Shown: positions 8,198 through 18,839 of the stretch, in pieces
Layout of the letters: each line of letters opens with the position of its first letter
Position numbering within the stretch: position 1 is the stretch's first letter
Assembly: GCA_903930585.1 (NCBI GenBank)
Contig: CAIYZD010000133.1
Span: forward strand, 70-64,069
From: an uncultured Geobacteraceae bacterium
Lineage (GTDB): Bacteria; Desulfobacterota; Desulfuromonadia; Geobacterales; Pseudopelobacteraceae
Direction: 5' to 3'
Length of the DNA: 64,000 nucleotides
Notes under the pieces: generated by a model
What the model was told of the DNA's origin: nothing
What the model saw: only the letters and a program-made list of their open reading frames with translations
Databases searched by the model: none
Program-made: the position numbers and the translations under genes

Positions 8198-11100
8198 CAG
8201 TACGCTCTTCGCCATTTCCAGAATCGCCTCGAACGACGTATCCTTCAACGTGCAGACCAGCTTGAAATCCGGGGTGAACTGGTATTTTTTCGGTTCGCCC
8301 CGCATCATGCCGATAATGGTGTCGGGTGAGGCGGGGGTGCGGGGGTGGAACGAGATGATCACCGCATGGCCGTCAAAGTCGATCTGGCGCACAATCAGCC
8401 GTTTCAGCAGCACCCGCAGCTTCATGATCTCGAACAGGTACGAAGTTGCCAGCGGATACGTGCCGAAACGGTCCAGCACCTCGTTCTGCACGTCCATCAC
8501 GTCATCCTCCGACTCCGCCTGAGTCAGCTTTTTGTAGATCACCAACCGCTGCCCGGCATCCTTGACGTATGCCTCGGGAATGAAAGCCGGAACTTTCAGG
8601 TTGATTTCAGGTTCGACACGCTCGACCATCTCTTCTCCCCGCATCCGGGCTATGGTCTCTTCCAGCATCTGGTTGTACAATTCGAAACCTATTTCGGTGA
8701 CGGTACCGGATTGGCGGTTGCCGAGCATGTCCCCTGCGCCGCGGATTTCCATGTCGTGGGTGGCGATCCGGAACCCGGCCCCCAACTCGGAGATTTCCTG
8801 CAGGACCCGCAGCCGTTCGCGTGCATCGGAACTGATGGCTCCCTCCCCCGGAATCAGCAGATAGGCGTAACCGCGCTGGGTGGAACGCCCCACCCTCCCC
8901 CGCAACTGGTAGAGCTGCGACAGACCGAACTTGTCGGCGTGATCGACGATCAGGGTATTGGCATTGGGAATATCAAGACCCGATTCGATGATGGTGGTGC
9001 AGAGGAGCAGGTTGGTTTCACCATGCATGAAACCGAGCATGACTTTCTCCAGTTCGTGCTCTCCCATCTGACCATGACCGACAGCAATCCTGGCCTCCGG
9101 CACCAGTTGCGCCAGCAGCTCCGCCCGCTTCGCGATGGTCTGGACCCGGTTATGGACGAAGAAAATCTGCCCGCCACGGCGGAGTTCGCGCAGCACCGCT
9201 TCGCGGATCAACTCTTCGGAAAAGCGGGAAACGATGGTCTTGACCGAAAGGCGGTCCACCGGAGGGGTATCGATGATCGACAGGTCACGAATCCCCATCA
9301 TCGACATGTAGAGCGTGCGCGGGATCGGCGTGGCGGTAAGGGTCATGACGTCGACCACGGCCCGGAATGATTTGAGCCGTTCCTTGTCCTTGACGCCGAA
9401 GCGTTGTTCCTCGTCGATGATCATCAGACCGAGATCCTTGAAGGCGACATCTTTCTGGAGCATACGGTGGGTACCGATTATGATGTCGATATTCCCCTTT
9501 TTGAGGCGTTCCAGTATATCCTTCTGTTCTTTGGGGGTACGAAAACGGGAAAGCACCTCGACCGTGACCGGATAATCCTTCAGCCGCTCGCGGAACGTTT
9601 CGTAATGCTGCTGAGCCAGAATGGTGGTCGGCACGAGAATGCCGACCTGTTTGCCGTCCAGCGCCGACTTGAAGGCACCCCGCAGGGCGACCTCGGTCTT
9701 GCCGTAGCCGACATCACCGCAGACGAGGCGATCCATCGGTTTCGAATGCTGCATATCAGCCAGCACATCATTAATTGCCGAGAGCTGGTCCGGCGTTTCC
9801 TCCCAGGCGAATGATGCTTCAAACTCGCGGTACATCTCGTCGGGGGGCGAAAACGAGTACCCCTCGCTCAACTGTCGCCGGGCATAGATCTCCAGCAATT
9901 CCCCGGCCAGCTCCTCGATGTTTTTACGCGCCTTCCCCTTGGATTTCTCCCACGAAACTCCGCCCAGCTTGTCCAGCGCCGGGCTGCTCCCCTCCGGCCC
10001 GACATACCGTTGCACCAGCCCGAGACGGTCCACCGGCAGAAATAATTTGTCCGAACCGGCATACTCCAGCAGCAGAAAATCTCCCGCGGTACTGCCGACA
10101 CTGATATGTTGCAAGCCGCGATAAAGGCCAATACCGTGATCGATATGCACCATGAAATCGCCAGGTTTCAGTTCGGCGAGGGAAGCGAGCAGCTGTTTCT
10201 TGCGCACCTCTGACACGCCGCGCCGCCTGGCCCGCCTGCCGAACAGCTCTTCTTCGGCGATCAGGATCAGGTGTGAAGATGGCAGCCGGAAGCCGCGCGA
10301 GATGTCGCCCATGAGAATGGCAATTCCCCCACTCGCAGGCGCTCCGTCTGGGGATGAGGAAATTACTTTGCCAAACCCCGCTTCACTGATGAAACAGGGG
10401 AGTTTGTACGGCGTCAGCAACTCCTTAAGCCGTTCGGCCTGCGGCAGCTGGTGGCAGACGATGGCAATTTTCTCCCCGTCGTCAAGCCAGCCGCGCAGCG
10501 TACGGGCGAGCGGCGCCAGGGCATTGCTGCTCTCCTTCGACACATTCACCCGTAAGTCGCTGTTGTCCTGACACGGTATGGCAATCTCCGTCCGTTCCGC
10601 TCCCCCGGCCATAACGAGGCCGGTCAGTTCGATGACGTGGCGTCCGGAAACTATTTCGTTCAGCTCCCCCTCGCCCAGAAACAGCTCGCCGGCGGGGGAG
10701 TGGGCGAATCCGGAAACAGCAGCCTTGGCAACCCCCGCCTCGACCTCGTCACTGGCGCTGAGGCAGGCATAATTAATCGCTTCGGGATCGAGTAAAACAA
10801 GCGGGGAAGCGGCAGGGATGTAGTCGAAAATTGTTTCGAGACCGGGGTGGAGCAGCGGTTGCAGAAAATCAATCCCCTGGAAATAGACCGCATTCTGCAG
10901 ATCGTCCTGAATCAGGCGGCGGCGATTGGCCGGGATGTCAAGATCGTCGCAGAGTTTTTTCAGGCGCGGTGCAATATCCTCCAACAGTTCGTCCGACAGC
11001 AGCAGCTCCCGCGACGGGAGCAGCACCAGCTCCTCCACCGGCTGCAACGAGCGCTGCGTCAGCGGATCAAAGGCGCGCATGGTCTCGGCGGTATCACCGA

Positions 11101-11677
11101 AAAACTCGATCCTGACCGGTGTTGTCAGGTTGGGGGGAAAGATATCCAGAATCCCCCCCCGCACGGCAAAGGTACCGCGATCCTCCACCAAAGGCACGTT
11201 GGCATATCCCATCCGGATCAGCCGCGCCAGCAGATCGTCCCGATCAAACTCTTCACCGGCAAGCAGGTAACAGGAGGCGTCATTGAGGGTCTTCCGGGGG
11301 AGCACCCGCTGCAGCGCCGCTGCTACCGGTAAAACGGTAATTCGGGAAAGGCCGTTTTGCAGGCGAAAGAGGGTATCCAGACGAGCACCGGTCACATCCG
11401 GGTGCGGAGAAGAGGCGGAGAGCGGCGAAGCATCCCAGGCGGGAAAGAGCGCCGCATGCAGATCGCCGCCCGAAAAAAACGTCAGTTCCCGGCAAAATTC
11501 CTCGGCAGCTTCCTGCGTTGCCGCGATTACCAGCGGATTGTCAAGGCCCGCCCGGACCAGTTCCGCCACGAGCAACGCAGGAGACGAGCCTTTCAGGCCG
11601 GGAACGGAAATACGCCGCTCACCACGACGAAGTGCGGCAATGATATCTATAGTGTGGGGAATACGTGTAGATGTCAT
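8174..11677 (-). CDS. mfd: Transcription-repair coupling factor
   Basis: 1167 aa with a UvrB-homology N-terminus, a CarD/RNAP-interaction region, superfamily-2 helicase motifs (GDVGYGKTEVA, DEEQRFG) and a TRCF C-terminal domain. Confidence 0.96.
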   Translation of the reverse strand: MTSTRIPHTIDIIAALRRGERRISVPGLKGSSPALLVAELVRAGLDNPLVIAATQEAAEEFCRELTFFSGGDLHAALFPAWDASPLSASSPHPDVTGARLDTLFRLQNGLSRITVLPVAAALQRVLPRKTLNDASCYLLAGEEFDRDDLLARLIRMGYANVPLVEDRGTFAVRGGILDIFPPNLTTPVRIEFFGDTAETMRAFDPLTQRSLQPVEELVLLPSRELLLSDELLEDIAPRLKKLCDDLDIPANRRRLIQDDLQNAVYFQGIDFLQPLLHPGLETIFDYIPAASPLVLLDPEAINYACLSASDEVEAGVAKAAVSGFAHSPAGELFLGEGELNEIVSGRHVIELTGLVMAGGAERTEIAIPCQDNSDLRVNVSKESSNALAPLARTLRGWLDDGEKIAIVCHQLPQAERLKELLTPYKLPCFISEAGFGKVISSSPDGAPASGGIAILMGDISRGFRLPSSHLILIAEEELFGRRARRRGVSEVRKKQLLASLAELKPGDFMVHIDHGIGLYRGLQHISVGSTAGDFLLLEYAGSDKLFLPVDRLGLVQRYVGPEGSSPALDKLGGVSWEKSKGKARKNIEELAGELLEIYARRQLSEGYSFSPPDEMYREFEASFAWEETPDQLSAINDVLADMQHSKPMDRLVCGDVGYGKTEVALRGAFKSALDGKQVGILVPTTILAQQHYETFRERLKDYPVTVEVLSRFRTPKEQKDILERLKKGNIDIIIGTHRMLQKDVAFKDLGLMIIDEEQRFGVKDKERLKSFRAVVDVMTLTATPIPRTLYMSMMGIRDLSIIDTPPVDRLSVKTIVSRFSEELIREAVLRELRRGGQIFFVHNRVQTIAKRAELLAQLVPEARIAVGHGQMGEHELEKVMLGFMHGETNLLLCTTIIESGLDIPNANTLIVDHADKFGLSQLYQLRGRVGRSTQRGYAYLLIPGEGAISSDARERLRVLQEISELGAGFRIATHDMEIRGAGDMLGNRQSGTVTEIGFELYNQMLEETIARMRGEEMVERVEPEINLKVPAFIPEAYVKDAGQRLVIYKKLTQAESEDDVMDVQNEVLDRFGTYPLATSYLFEIMKLRVLLKRLIVRQIDFDGHAVIISFHPRTPASPDTIIGMMRGEPKKYQFTPDFKLVCTLKDTSFEAILEMAKSVLLRLVPAV

Positions 11678-11682
11678 AATAG

Positions 11683-12246
11683 TTAGTTGTGTTTGCGAAG
11701 ACCGGCTTTAAGCTTCGGCTTACCGTTTTCTATAACAACCCTGAAGGCAATATTTTCGGTACCCAGTTTTGCCGCCAGCTCCGGTTTCTGTTTCTCGATA
11801 GTTGCCGCGACAAGTTCGCGGGTGATGGTGTGGTACGGCAGATTGCACGCTTTCCGCGCTTCGCGGAACTCCTGGACAAGACGATCCAGTTCGATTTCCG
11901 GCGCTGACTGCGGCGCCTCCACCTTCTTTCGTTCCGGAATATGTTTATTGCGCTGATGCAGATCGCTGATAAAACGGTCTCGCGAATAGCGCCCCTCTTC
12001 CATCAGCTTAAGTATCCGGTTCCAGTGTTCGCGATACGTGTTGAGACGGGCCACCAGCATGGTGTAGCGATGTTTGTACATCGTATTTGTAATTTGAACG
12101 GCGCTGTAGCGACGCACCAGCTTCCCCACTTCTTCCAGTAACTGGAGTGGTTCCCGCTTTTCCAGACCGATGAAGTACTGTTCGTACTTGAGAATCAGTT
12201 CGCCCAGTTTCTGATCGAGGAGTATGACATCTTCTGCAATAGCCAT
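11683..12246 (-). CDS. Conserved hypothetical protein (MXAN_5187-like, deltaproteobacterial)
   Basis: 187 aa, located 6 nt upstream of mfd on the same strand. The family is recognised only by overall resemblance, and its function is unknown. Confidence 0.55.
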   Translation of the reverse strand: MAIAEDVILLDQKLGELILKYEQYFIGLEKREPLQLLEEVGKLVRRYSAVQITNTMYKHRYTMLVARLNTYREHWNRILKLMEEGRYSRDRFISDLHQRNKHIPERKKVEAPQSAPEIELDRLVQEFREARKACNLPYHTITRELVAATIEKQKPELAAKLGTENIAFRVVIENGKPKLKAGLRKHN

Positions 12247-12415
12247 CAGTAAACCTTTAGTGGAGTCAGAAGCTGAGCACTATAGCCAAACCTTCAGATA
12301 AGTAAAGATGTAATAATAGCATATAACTTCGCAACTGCGCTAATCTCTTGACGCTTTGACCAACAATCGCATAAAGTGTCAGTATACATCATACCTATTT
12401 ATGGAGTTATTTGCT

Positions 12416-13789
12416 ATGGGATCACTTGCCTCTATTGTCCTTGCCGCCGGAAAGGGCACCCGCATGAAGTCCGGGCTTATCAAGGTTCTTCACCCTGTCG
12501 CCGGAATGCCGATGATCGCGTGGCCGGTTGCCGCAGCCCGCAATGCGGGTTCAGATCCGATTGTGCTGGTTATCGGCCACCAGGCCAACGCGGTACAGAG
12601 TACTTTTCGCGGCGCCACCGACATTCGCTGCGCTATGCAGGAAGAACAGCTCGGCACCGGACATGCGGTCGCCTGCGCCCTGGAAGCGTTGTCCGGTTTT
12701 CACGGCACGGTGCTGATCCTCTGCGGAGACACTCCCTTGCTCCGGAGCGAAACGCTGACGGCCATGCTGGAATTCCATCGTGATAATCAGGCTGCCGTAA
12801 CGGTGCTGACCGCCCTGATGGATGATCCGTATGGCTATGGTCGGGTCGTCCGGGATGTCTCCGGGCGGGTAAGCCGCATCGTAGAGCAGAAGGACGCCGA
12901 TCCGGACGAACAGGAAATTCGTGAGATCAACAGCGGCATCTACTGTATGGATTCGGAATTTCTCTCTGCAAACATCAGGGAGATCGGCAATGACAACGCC
13001 CAGAAAGAATATTATTTGACCGATCTGCTGGCGATTGCCGTCCGGAAGGGATTGACCTGTCTGGCTCTGCCAACTGCCGACGCCGACGAAATTATGGGAG
13101 TCAATGACCGCGTCCAGCTGGCGGAAGCCGCCCGCGTGCTGCGCCGACGCATCAACCGCAGCCATATGCTGAACGGCGTTACCATTATCGACCCCGATAC
13201 CACCTATATTGATAACGGTATCACCATCGGCGCCGATACCGTTATTCACCCCGGCTGCCGGATAGGTGAAGGTACAATCATCGGGGAGGGATGCGAAATC
13301 GAGGGAAACGTCACCATCATGGACTGCTTGATAGGCGATGAGTGCCATATCAAGGCGGCATCGGTTCTGGAGAGCTCAAAGCTGGGTGAGGACGTGGCGG
13401 TCGGGCCGATGGCCCATCTGCGCCCCGGCACACAACTTGGCGCCAAAGTAAAGATCGGCAACTTCGTCGAGACCAAGAAGATTGTCATGGGTGAAGGCTC
13501 CAAGGCCTCACATCTGACCTATCTGGGGGATGCCGAACTCGGTCGCAATGTCAATATCGGCTGCGGTACGATAACCTGCAACTACGACGGCGTCAACAAG
13601 CATCTCACCGTTATCGGCGACGATGTATTCATCGGCAGCGATGTGCAACTGGTGGCGCCGGTCAGCGTTGGCCACCGCTCCCTGGTGGCAGCCGGCACAA
13701 CCGTTACGATCGATGTCCCGCCCGATTCGCTGGCCATCTCCCGAGTCCCGCAGGTCAACAAAGAAGGATGGCGGTTGAAAAAAAAGTGA
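12416..13789 (+). CDS. glmU: Bifunctional UDP-N-acetylglucosamine pyrophosphorylase / glucosamine-1-phosphate N-acetyltransferase
   Basis: The start is reassigned to the ATG at 12416 (MGSLASIVLAAGKGTRM). It has an LAAGKGTRM nucleotidyltransferase motif and C-terminal left-handed beta-helix hexapeptide repeats. Confidence 0.93.
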   Translation: MGSLASIVLAAGKGTRMKSGLIKVLHPVAGMPMIAWPVAAARNAGSDPIVLVIGHQANAVQSTFRGATDIRCAMQEEQLGTGHAVACALEALSGFHGTVLILCGDTPLLRSETLTAMLEFHRDNQAAVTVLTALMDDPYGYGRVVRDVSGRVSRIVEQKDADPDEQEIREINSGIYCMDSEFLSANIREIGNDNAQKEYYLTDLLAIAVRKGLTCLALPTADADEIMGVNDRVQLAEAARVLRRRINRSHMLNGVTIIDPDTTYIDNGITIGADTVIHPGCRIGEGTIIGEGCEIEGNVTIMDCLIGDECHIKAASVLESSKLGEDVAVGPMAHLRPGTQLGAKVKIGNFVETKKIVMGEGSKASHLTYLGDAELGRNVNIGCGTITCNYDGVNKHLTVIGDDVFIGSDVQLVAPVSVGHRSLVAAGTTVTIDVPPDSLAISRVPQVNKEGWRLKKK

Positions 13790-13817
13790 CAACTTCCCGC
13801 AAAAAAGGCGCTCTTGC

Positions 13818-15935
13818 ATGAGCAACCCGTACCAGGACATTGCAGCAGGCGCGACACTTCTGATCATCGATGGCGATGCCGGTTGTGCCGGGCAGATATG
13901 CTCAACGCTCGACGCATCCGGCTATTTCTGCACGAAGATCATCTCTGAAAAGGATGCGCTTGAATGGCTGGGCTCCCACACAGCCGCCCTGATTATTCTT
14001 GATTATTCGCTACCGGATATGATCGGAAGTTCTTTTATCGATACACTGCGCAGCAGAGGAATAGAAACTCCTTTTGTTATGACGGGTTCCAATGATGCTG
14101 CCGACGTGGCGATTACGGCGATAAAGAACGGTGCGTGCGATTATATTCTCAAGGATGCCTCGTTTCTCGACCGGCTCCCTGCGGTGATTACCCGCACCCT
14201 GCAGGAGCAGAAAATCCGGCAGCAGTTGCAGTCGGTCGAAATGGCGTTACGCCAGAGTGAAATGAGGCTGGCCCGGGCTCAAAAGATTGCCCGGATGGGC
14301 AGTTGGGAGTGGAATTTTGTCTCCGGCGAGATTTACTGGTCGGACGAACTGTACCGGATTTTCGGTTTCCCGCCGGGACAGCCGGCAATCATTACCATGG
14401 ATTGGTTGTACACCCTCGTCAGCCCTCTTGATCTGGCCAACTTTAAAAAGGCGCTGCGAACCACCATCAAAAATGGCACCGCTCTCGACATCAACTACCG
14501 CATTGTTGCCGCTGATGAAGGGGAGATTGTCGTCAACAGCCAGGGAGAGATCGAGTACGACGAGACAGGCCACGCGTGTTTCCTCTCCGGAACGACGCTG
14601 GATATTACCGCCAGGATCAAGGCTGAAAGCGTCATCCAGCAACTGATCAACTTTGACTCCCTGACCGGGCTTCCCAATCGCACCCTTTTGCACGACCGGC
14701 TCCATATCGCCATTGCCCAGGCTTCCCGTGACAAAGAACGGCTTGGGGTACTGCTGCTTGATCTCGACCGTTTCAAAGGCATCAATGAAACGCTGGGACA
14801 CCGGGCGGGGGACAAACTGTTGAAGGCGGTGGCCCAGCGCCTGGTGGCGTGTATCCGCGACAGCGACACTCTGGCACGATTGGGAGGCGACGAATATGTG
14901 GCCATCCTGGTTGGCGTAACCCATGACGACAGCATCACCACCGTTGCAAAAAAAATTCTGACGGTCGTATCCGAGCCCTACTACATCGATGGCACGGAGA
15001 TTTTTTCAACCTGCAGCATCGGCATTGCCGTATACCCGATGGATGGCGAGGACAGCCACACGCTGCTGAAGCATGCCGACCTGGCCATGTACCAGGCCAA
15101 AGGCCTGGACAGGAACAATTTCCAGTTTTTCTCGCGCGAACTGAACCGACAGGCGCTGGAGCGAATGATGCTGGAAAGCTCCATGCGCAAGGGGCTTGAG
15201 CGTGGTGAATTTTTTCTTGTCTATCAACCGCAGGTAGATACGTGCTCCGGTACCATTTTCGGTATGGAGGCGCTGCTCCGCTGGCGGCATCCCGATATGG
15301 GCGTGCTGTCACCTGACCGGTTCATCGGTGTTGCCGAAGACAACGGCCTTATCATTCCGCTTGGCGAATGGGTGCTGCGGACCGCCTGCCGTCAGAACAA
15401 AAGCTGGCAGGAACAGGGACTCACCAAGGTGCGCTTTGCCGTCAATCTGTCGGCAAAGCAGTTTGGTCAGTACCATCTCGATGAAATTGTTGCCGCGACA
15501 CTCCTCGAAACAGGATTGGACCCGGAGTGGCTTGAGCTTGAACTGACCGAAAGTACCATCATGAAGGATGCCGAGCAGAACGCCGCTCTTATGAGAAAAT
15601 TCAAGACGATTGGGATTTCGCTGGCCATTGACGATTTCGGCACCGGCTATTCCTCGCTTTCATACCTGAAAAACTTCCCGATCAGTCGTCTCAAGATCGA
15701 CCGTTCCTTTGTACGGGATATCACCACCAACCCCGACGATGCCGCAATCGCCCAGATCATTATCGACATCGCCCGTTCCCTCAACCTGAGCGTCATCGCC
15801 GAAGGGGTTGAGACACGCGCCCAGATGCAGTTCCTTTTCTTCCACAATTGCGTCGAAATGCAGGGGTATCTTTTCAGCCGACCGGTACCGGCCGAAGAAT
15901 TTGCCGAACTGCTCAGAAATGGACTGCAGCAGTGA
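13818..15935 (+). CDS. Response regulator with REC-PAS-GGDEF-EAL architecture (c-di-GMP turnover)
   Basis: 705 aa. It has a receiver domain (LIILDYSLPDM), a PAS domain, a GGDEF domain (RLGGDEY) and an EAL domain (MEALLRW...DDFGTGYSSL). Confidence 0.9.
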   Translation: MSNPYQDIAAGATLLIIDGDAGCAGQICSTLDASGYFCTKIISEKDALEWLGSHTAALIILDYSLPDMIGSSFIDTLRSRGIETPFVMTGSNDAADVAITAIKNGACDYILKDASFLDRLPAVITRTLQEQKIRQQLQSVEMALRQSEMRLARAQKIARMGSWEWNFVSGEIYWSDELYRIFGFPPGQPAIITMDWLYTLVSPLDLANFKKALRTTIKNGTALDINYRIVAADEGEIVVNSQGEIEYDETGHACFLSGTTLDITARIKAESVIQQLINFDSLTGLPNRTLLHDRLHIAIAQASRDKERLGVLLLDLDRFKGINETLGHRAGDKLLKAVAQRLVACIRDSDTLARLGGDEYVAILVGVTHDDSITTVAKKILTVVSEPYYIDGTEIFSTCSIGIAVYPMDGEDSHTLLKHADLAMYQAKGLDRNNFQFFSRELNRQALERMMLESSMRKGLERGEFFLVYQPQVDTCSGTIFGMEALLRWRHPDMGVLSPDRFIGVAEDNGLIIPLGEWVLRTACRQNKSWQEQGLTKVRFAVNLSAKQFGQYHLDEIVAATLLETGLDPEWLELELTESTIMKDAEQNAALMRKFKTIGISLAIDDFGTGYSSLSYLKNFPISRLKIDRSFVRDITTNPDDAAIAQIIIDIARSLNLSVIAEGVETRAQMQFLFFHNCVEMQGYLFSRPVPAEEFAELLRNGLQQ

Positions 15936-16780
15936 TCGAAGTTTCAGGCGATAACTCTCTCTACCTGCCGTATGAGTGTGAACTTATCGCCGTCCATGAC
16001 CTGACTCCGGGCGAGAAACTATTCCGACTGCGGCGAACCGACGGCGAACCGCTTGACCATATCCCCGGGCAATTCGTACAGGTGTCCCTGCTCGGGTTGG
16101 GGGAAGCCCCCATTTCAGTGGCATCGTCACCGACCCGGGCTGGGGACGGGATTTTCGAACTCGGGGTCCGCCGCGCGGGAAGCCTCACCGGCGCCATGCA
16201 CCGGATGAAAGCCGGAGACACCCTCGGCATTCGCGGTCCCTTCGGCCGCCCGTTTGACCTGCCGCAGATGCGCAGCCGGGACCTGCTGTTGATCTCCGGT
16301 GGATGCGGTCTGGCGCCGATGCGCTCGTTGATCCAGTATTGCGAGGATCGCCCTGCCGATTTCGGTCGCATCTCCATCCTCTACGGTGCCAAAAGCCCGG
16401 CTGACCGGCTCTTCAAGGAGGAGTTCGCCGCCTGGGAAGCCTCGGCCCGTTTTGCCTGCAGCATGACAGTTGACAATAGTACCGGGGAAGAGTGCTTTAG
16501 CGGCAACATCGGCCTGATTACCTCCCTGATCCCTCCCCTCGCCGTTGTTTCCGATAACACCATTGCGGTCATCATCGGTCCGCCGGTCATGTACCTGGCC
16601 GTCATTGCCGAGTTGAAGAAAAAGGGGCTCACTTCCGACCGGATCGTCGTCTCCCTCGAGCGACAAATGCGTTGCGGTGTCGGCAAATGCGGCCACTGTA
16701 CTATCGAACACCTCTACTGCTGCCAGGATGGGCCGGTATTCCGGCTCGATGAGATTGAAAACCTGCGGGGGGCCCTTTGA
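15932..16780 (+). CDS. FAD/NAD(P)-binding iron-sulfur subunit (AsrB / sulfhydrogenase gamma-like)
   Basis: The GTG at 15932 overlaps the upstream TGA (GTGA). It has a ferredoxin-reductase-type fold (GQFVQVS, LLISGGCGLAPM) and a C-terminal 2Fe-2S motif CGVGKCGHC...C. Confidence 0.8.
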   Translation: MIEVSGDNSLYLPYECELIAVHDLTPGEKLFRLRRTDGEPLDHIPGQFVQVSLLGLGEAPISVASSPTRAGDGIFELGVRRAGSLTGAMHRMKAGDTLGIRGPFGRPFDLPQMRSRDLLLISGGCGLAPMRSLIQYCEDRPADFGRISILYGAKSPADRLFKEEFAAWEASARFACSMTVDNSTGEECFSGNIGLITSLIPPLAVVSDNTIAVIIGPPVMYLAVIAELKKKGLTSDRIVVSLERQMRCGVGKCGHCTIEHLYCCQDGPVFRLDEIENLRGAL

Positions 16781-16802
16781 GTCAAAGCAGAGGAAACATC
16801 CA

Positions 16803-18839
16803 TTGAAGCGAACCCTCACCGTATGCCCTTACTGTGGCGCCGGCTGTATGTTCTATCTGGTCAGCGACAAGGGTCGCCTCGTCGGGGTGGAGCCAAGCAC
16901 GACTCATCCGGTCAGTCGTGGCGGACTCTGCGTCAAGGGGTGGAATGCGTACGCCTTTGTCCATCATCCCGACCGCCTCACGACCCCGCTGCTGCGCCGT
17001 GACGGGGTGCTGAAACCGGCCTCATGGGACGAGGCTCTGAATCTGGTGGTTCAAAAATTGCGCGCAGTTCAAAAAAAGCATGGCGCTGACGCGGTCATGT
17101 TCGCCTCCTCGGCCAAGGCGACCAACGAGGAAAACTACCTGCTGATGAAGCTGGCCCGCGCGGTATTCGGCACCAACAATATCGACCATTGCGCCCGCCT
17201 CTGCCACTCCTCCACCGTAACCGGACTGGCCGAAACGTTCGGCTCCGGGGCAATGACCAACTCCATCTCCTGTATCGATCAGGCCGACGTTATCCTGGTC
17301 ATCGGCTCAAACACCACTGAACAACACCCGCTGATCGGCAGCCGGATTTTGAATGCCGTCCGGAACGGGACACACCTGATCGTGGCCGATAACCGCCGTA
17401 TACGTCTCGCCCGCCACGCCGATCTGCATCTGCGCCACAAGAACGGCAGCGACGTCGCCCTGCTGAATGGCATCATGCACGTCATCATTGCCGAAGAGCT
17501 CGAAAACCGGGATTTTATTACCGCCCGCACCGAAAATTTTGCCGCGCTGGCCAAAACCGTAGCCGGTTGGACACCGGAGCGGACCGCTGCCGCCACCGGC
17601 CTGGAGACTGGTGAGATCGTTACTGCCGCGCGTCTGTTCGCCGCTGCGGAACGTGGCATGATCGTCTACTCGATGGGAATCACCCAGCATAGCCACGGAG
17701 TCGACAACGTCCGCTGCATTGCCGCGCTGGCGATGCTGACCGGCAACGTGGGGCGGCCCGGCACCGGCGTCAATCCGCTGCGCGGACAGAACAATGTGCA
17801 GGGGGGGTGCGACATGGGGGCTCTGCCGGACCTCTACAGCGGCTACCAGAAAGTATCGGACCCACTGATGCGGGAAAAATTCGCCCACGCCTGGGGAGTA
17901 GCGCAGCTCTCCGCAACTCCGGGGCTTCCGTTGACTCGGGCCATGGATGCCGCCTCTGCGGGACAGCTACAGGCAATGTTCATCATGGGGGAAAATCCGG
18001 CTCTCTCCGACCCGGACCTAGGACACGCACGCCGGGTGCTGGAGAATCTGGAACTGCTGGTGGTACAGGACATTTTCATGACCGAAACCGCTGCCCTGGC
18101 CGACATCGTGCTGCCGGCAGCCTGCTACGCCGAAAAGGAGGGGACCTTCACCAGCACCGAGCGCCGCATCCAGCGGCTGAGCAAAGCGGTGGAGCCGCCC
18201 GGAGTGGCCCGCGCCGATTGGGAGATTATCTGCGCCATCGCCGAACGTGCCGGTTATCAGGGAATGCGCTATGCCGATCCGGCTGCGATTATGGACGAGA
18301 TCGCCGCCCTGACCCCGATATACGGCGGCATCGCCTATGGCCGCCTCGACCCGCACGGTCTGCAGTGGCCCTGCCCCGACCGGAGCCATCCCGGCACGCC
18401 ACTGCTGCATACGGAACGGTTCACCCGCGGTACCGGACGGTTCAGCACGGCCTTCCACCACCTGCCGGCCGAACTTCCCGACGCTCAGTACCCCCTGGTG
18501 CTCACGACCGGTCGTACCTACTTCCATTGGCATACCGGCAGCATGACCCGCCGCACCCACCTACTCGACAGAGAGGAACCCAGCTCCTTTATCGAACTGC
18601 ATCCGGACGATGCCGCCCGTCTCGGGGTCCGTAACCGAGATCTACTGCTTGTGTCGAGCCGCCGCGGCAAAGTACGGACAGAGGCACGGGTAACCGACAT
18701 GGTCATTCCGGGTGTCGTGTTCATGCCGTTTCATTTTGCCGAAGGGGCGGCCAACACCCTTACCAACAATGTGCTCGACCCCGAATCATCCATCCCCGAA
18801 TTCAAGGTCTGCGCGGTACAGGTGGAAAAACTGCCATGA
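16803..18839 (+). CDS. fdhA: Molybdopterin oxidoreductase, formate dehydrogenase alpha-like (Cys type)
   Basis: A TTG start at 16803 follows AGAGGAAA and gives MKRTLTVCPYCGAGC (4Fe-4S motif). IDHCARLCHSSTV aligns with the FdhH CARV-U-H motif, with Cys (TGC 17202-17204) at the Sec position. A C-terminal MopB beta-barrel is present. Confidence 0.85.
   Translation: MKRTLTVCPYCGAGCMFYLVSDKGRLVGVEPSTTHPVSRGGLCVKGWNAYAFVHHPDRLTTPLLRRDGVLKPASWDEALNLVVQKLRAVQKKHGADAVMFASSAKATNEENYLLMKLARAVFGTNNIDHCARLCHSSTVTGLAETFGSGAMTNSISCIDQADVILVIGSNTTEQHPLIGSRILNAVRNGTHLIVADNRRIRLARHADLHLRHKNGSDVALLNGIMHVIIAEELENRDFITARTENFAALAKTVAGWTPERTAAATGLETGEIVTAARLFAAAERGMIVYSMGITQHSHGVDNVRCIAALAMLTGNVGRPGTGVNPLRGQNNVQGGCDMGALPDLYSGYQKVSDPLMREKFAHAWGVAQLSATPGLPLTRAMDAASAGQLQAMFIMGENPALSDPDLGHARRVLENLELLVVQDIFMTETAALADIVLPAACYAEKEGTFTSTERRIQRLSKAVEPPGVARADWEIICAIAERAGYQGMRYADPAAIMDEIAALTPIYGGIAYGRLDPHGLQWPCPDRSHPGTPLLHTERFTRGTGRFSTAFHHLPAELPDAQYPLVLTTGRTYFHWHTGSMTRRTHLLDREEPSSFIELHPDDAARLGVRNRDLLLVSSRRGKVRTEARVTDMVIPGVVFMPFHFAEGAANTLTNNVLDPESSIPEFKVCAVQVEKLP

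Noticed and set aside
8345-9370. 341-aa plus-strand ORF inside mfd
   Set aside because: It is antisense to a full-length, motif-complete mfd, and its composition is typical of GC-rich antisense frames.
11153-11160. C8 homopolymer in mfd as a phase-variation tract
   Set aside because: It sits in an essential-type housekeeping gene and encodes GGG/PP codon runs. I use it only as the background level against which the C9 (cheA) and G10 (pilY1) tracts are judged.
17202-17204. Possible selenocysteine (in-frame TGA) in the formate-dehydrogenase-like gene
   Set aside because: The codon aligned with the FdhH Sec position is TGC (Cys) and the ORF has no internal TGA. I therefore did not look further for a SECIS element.
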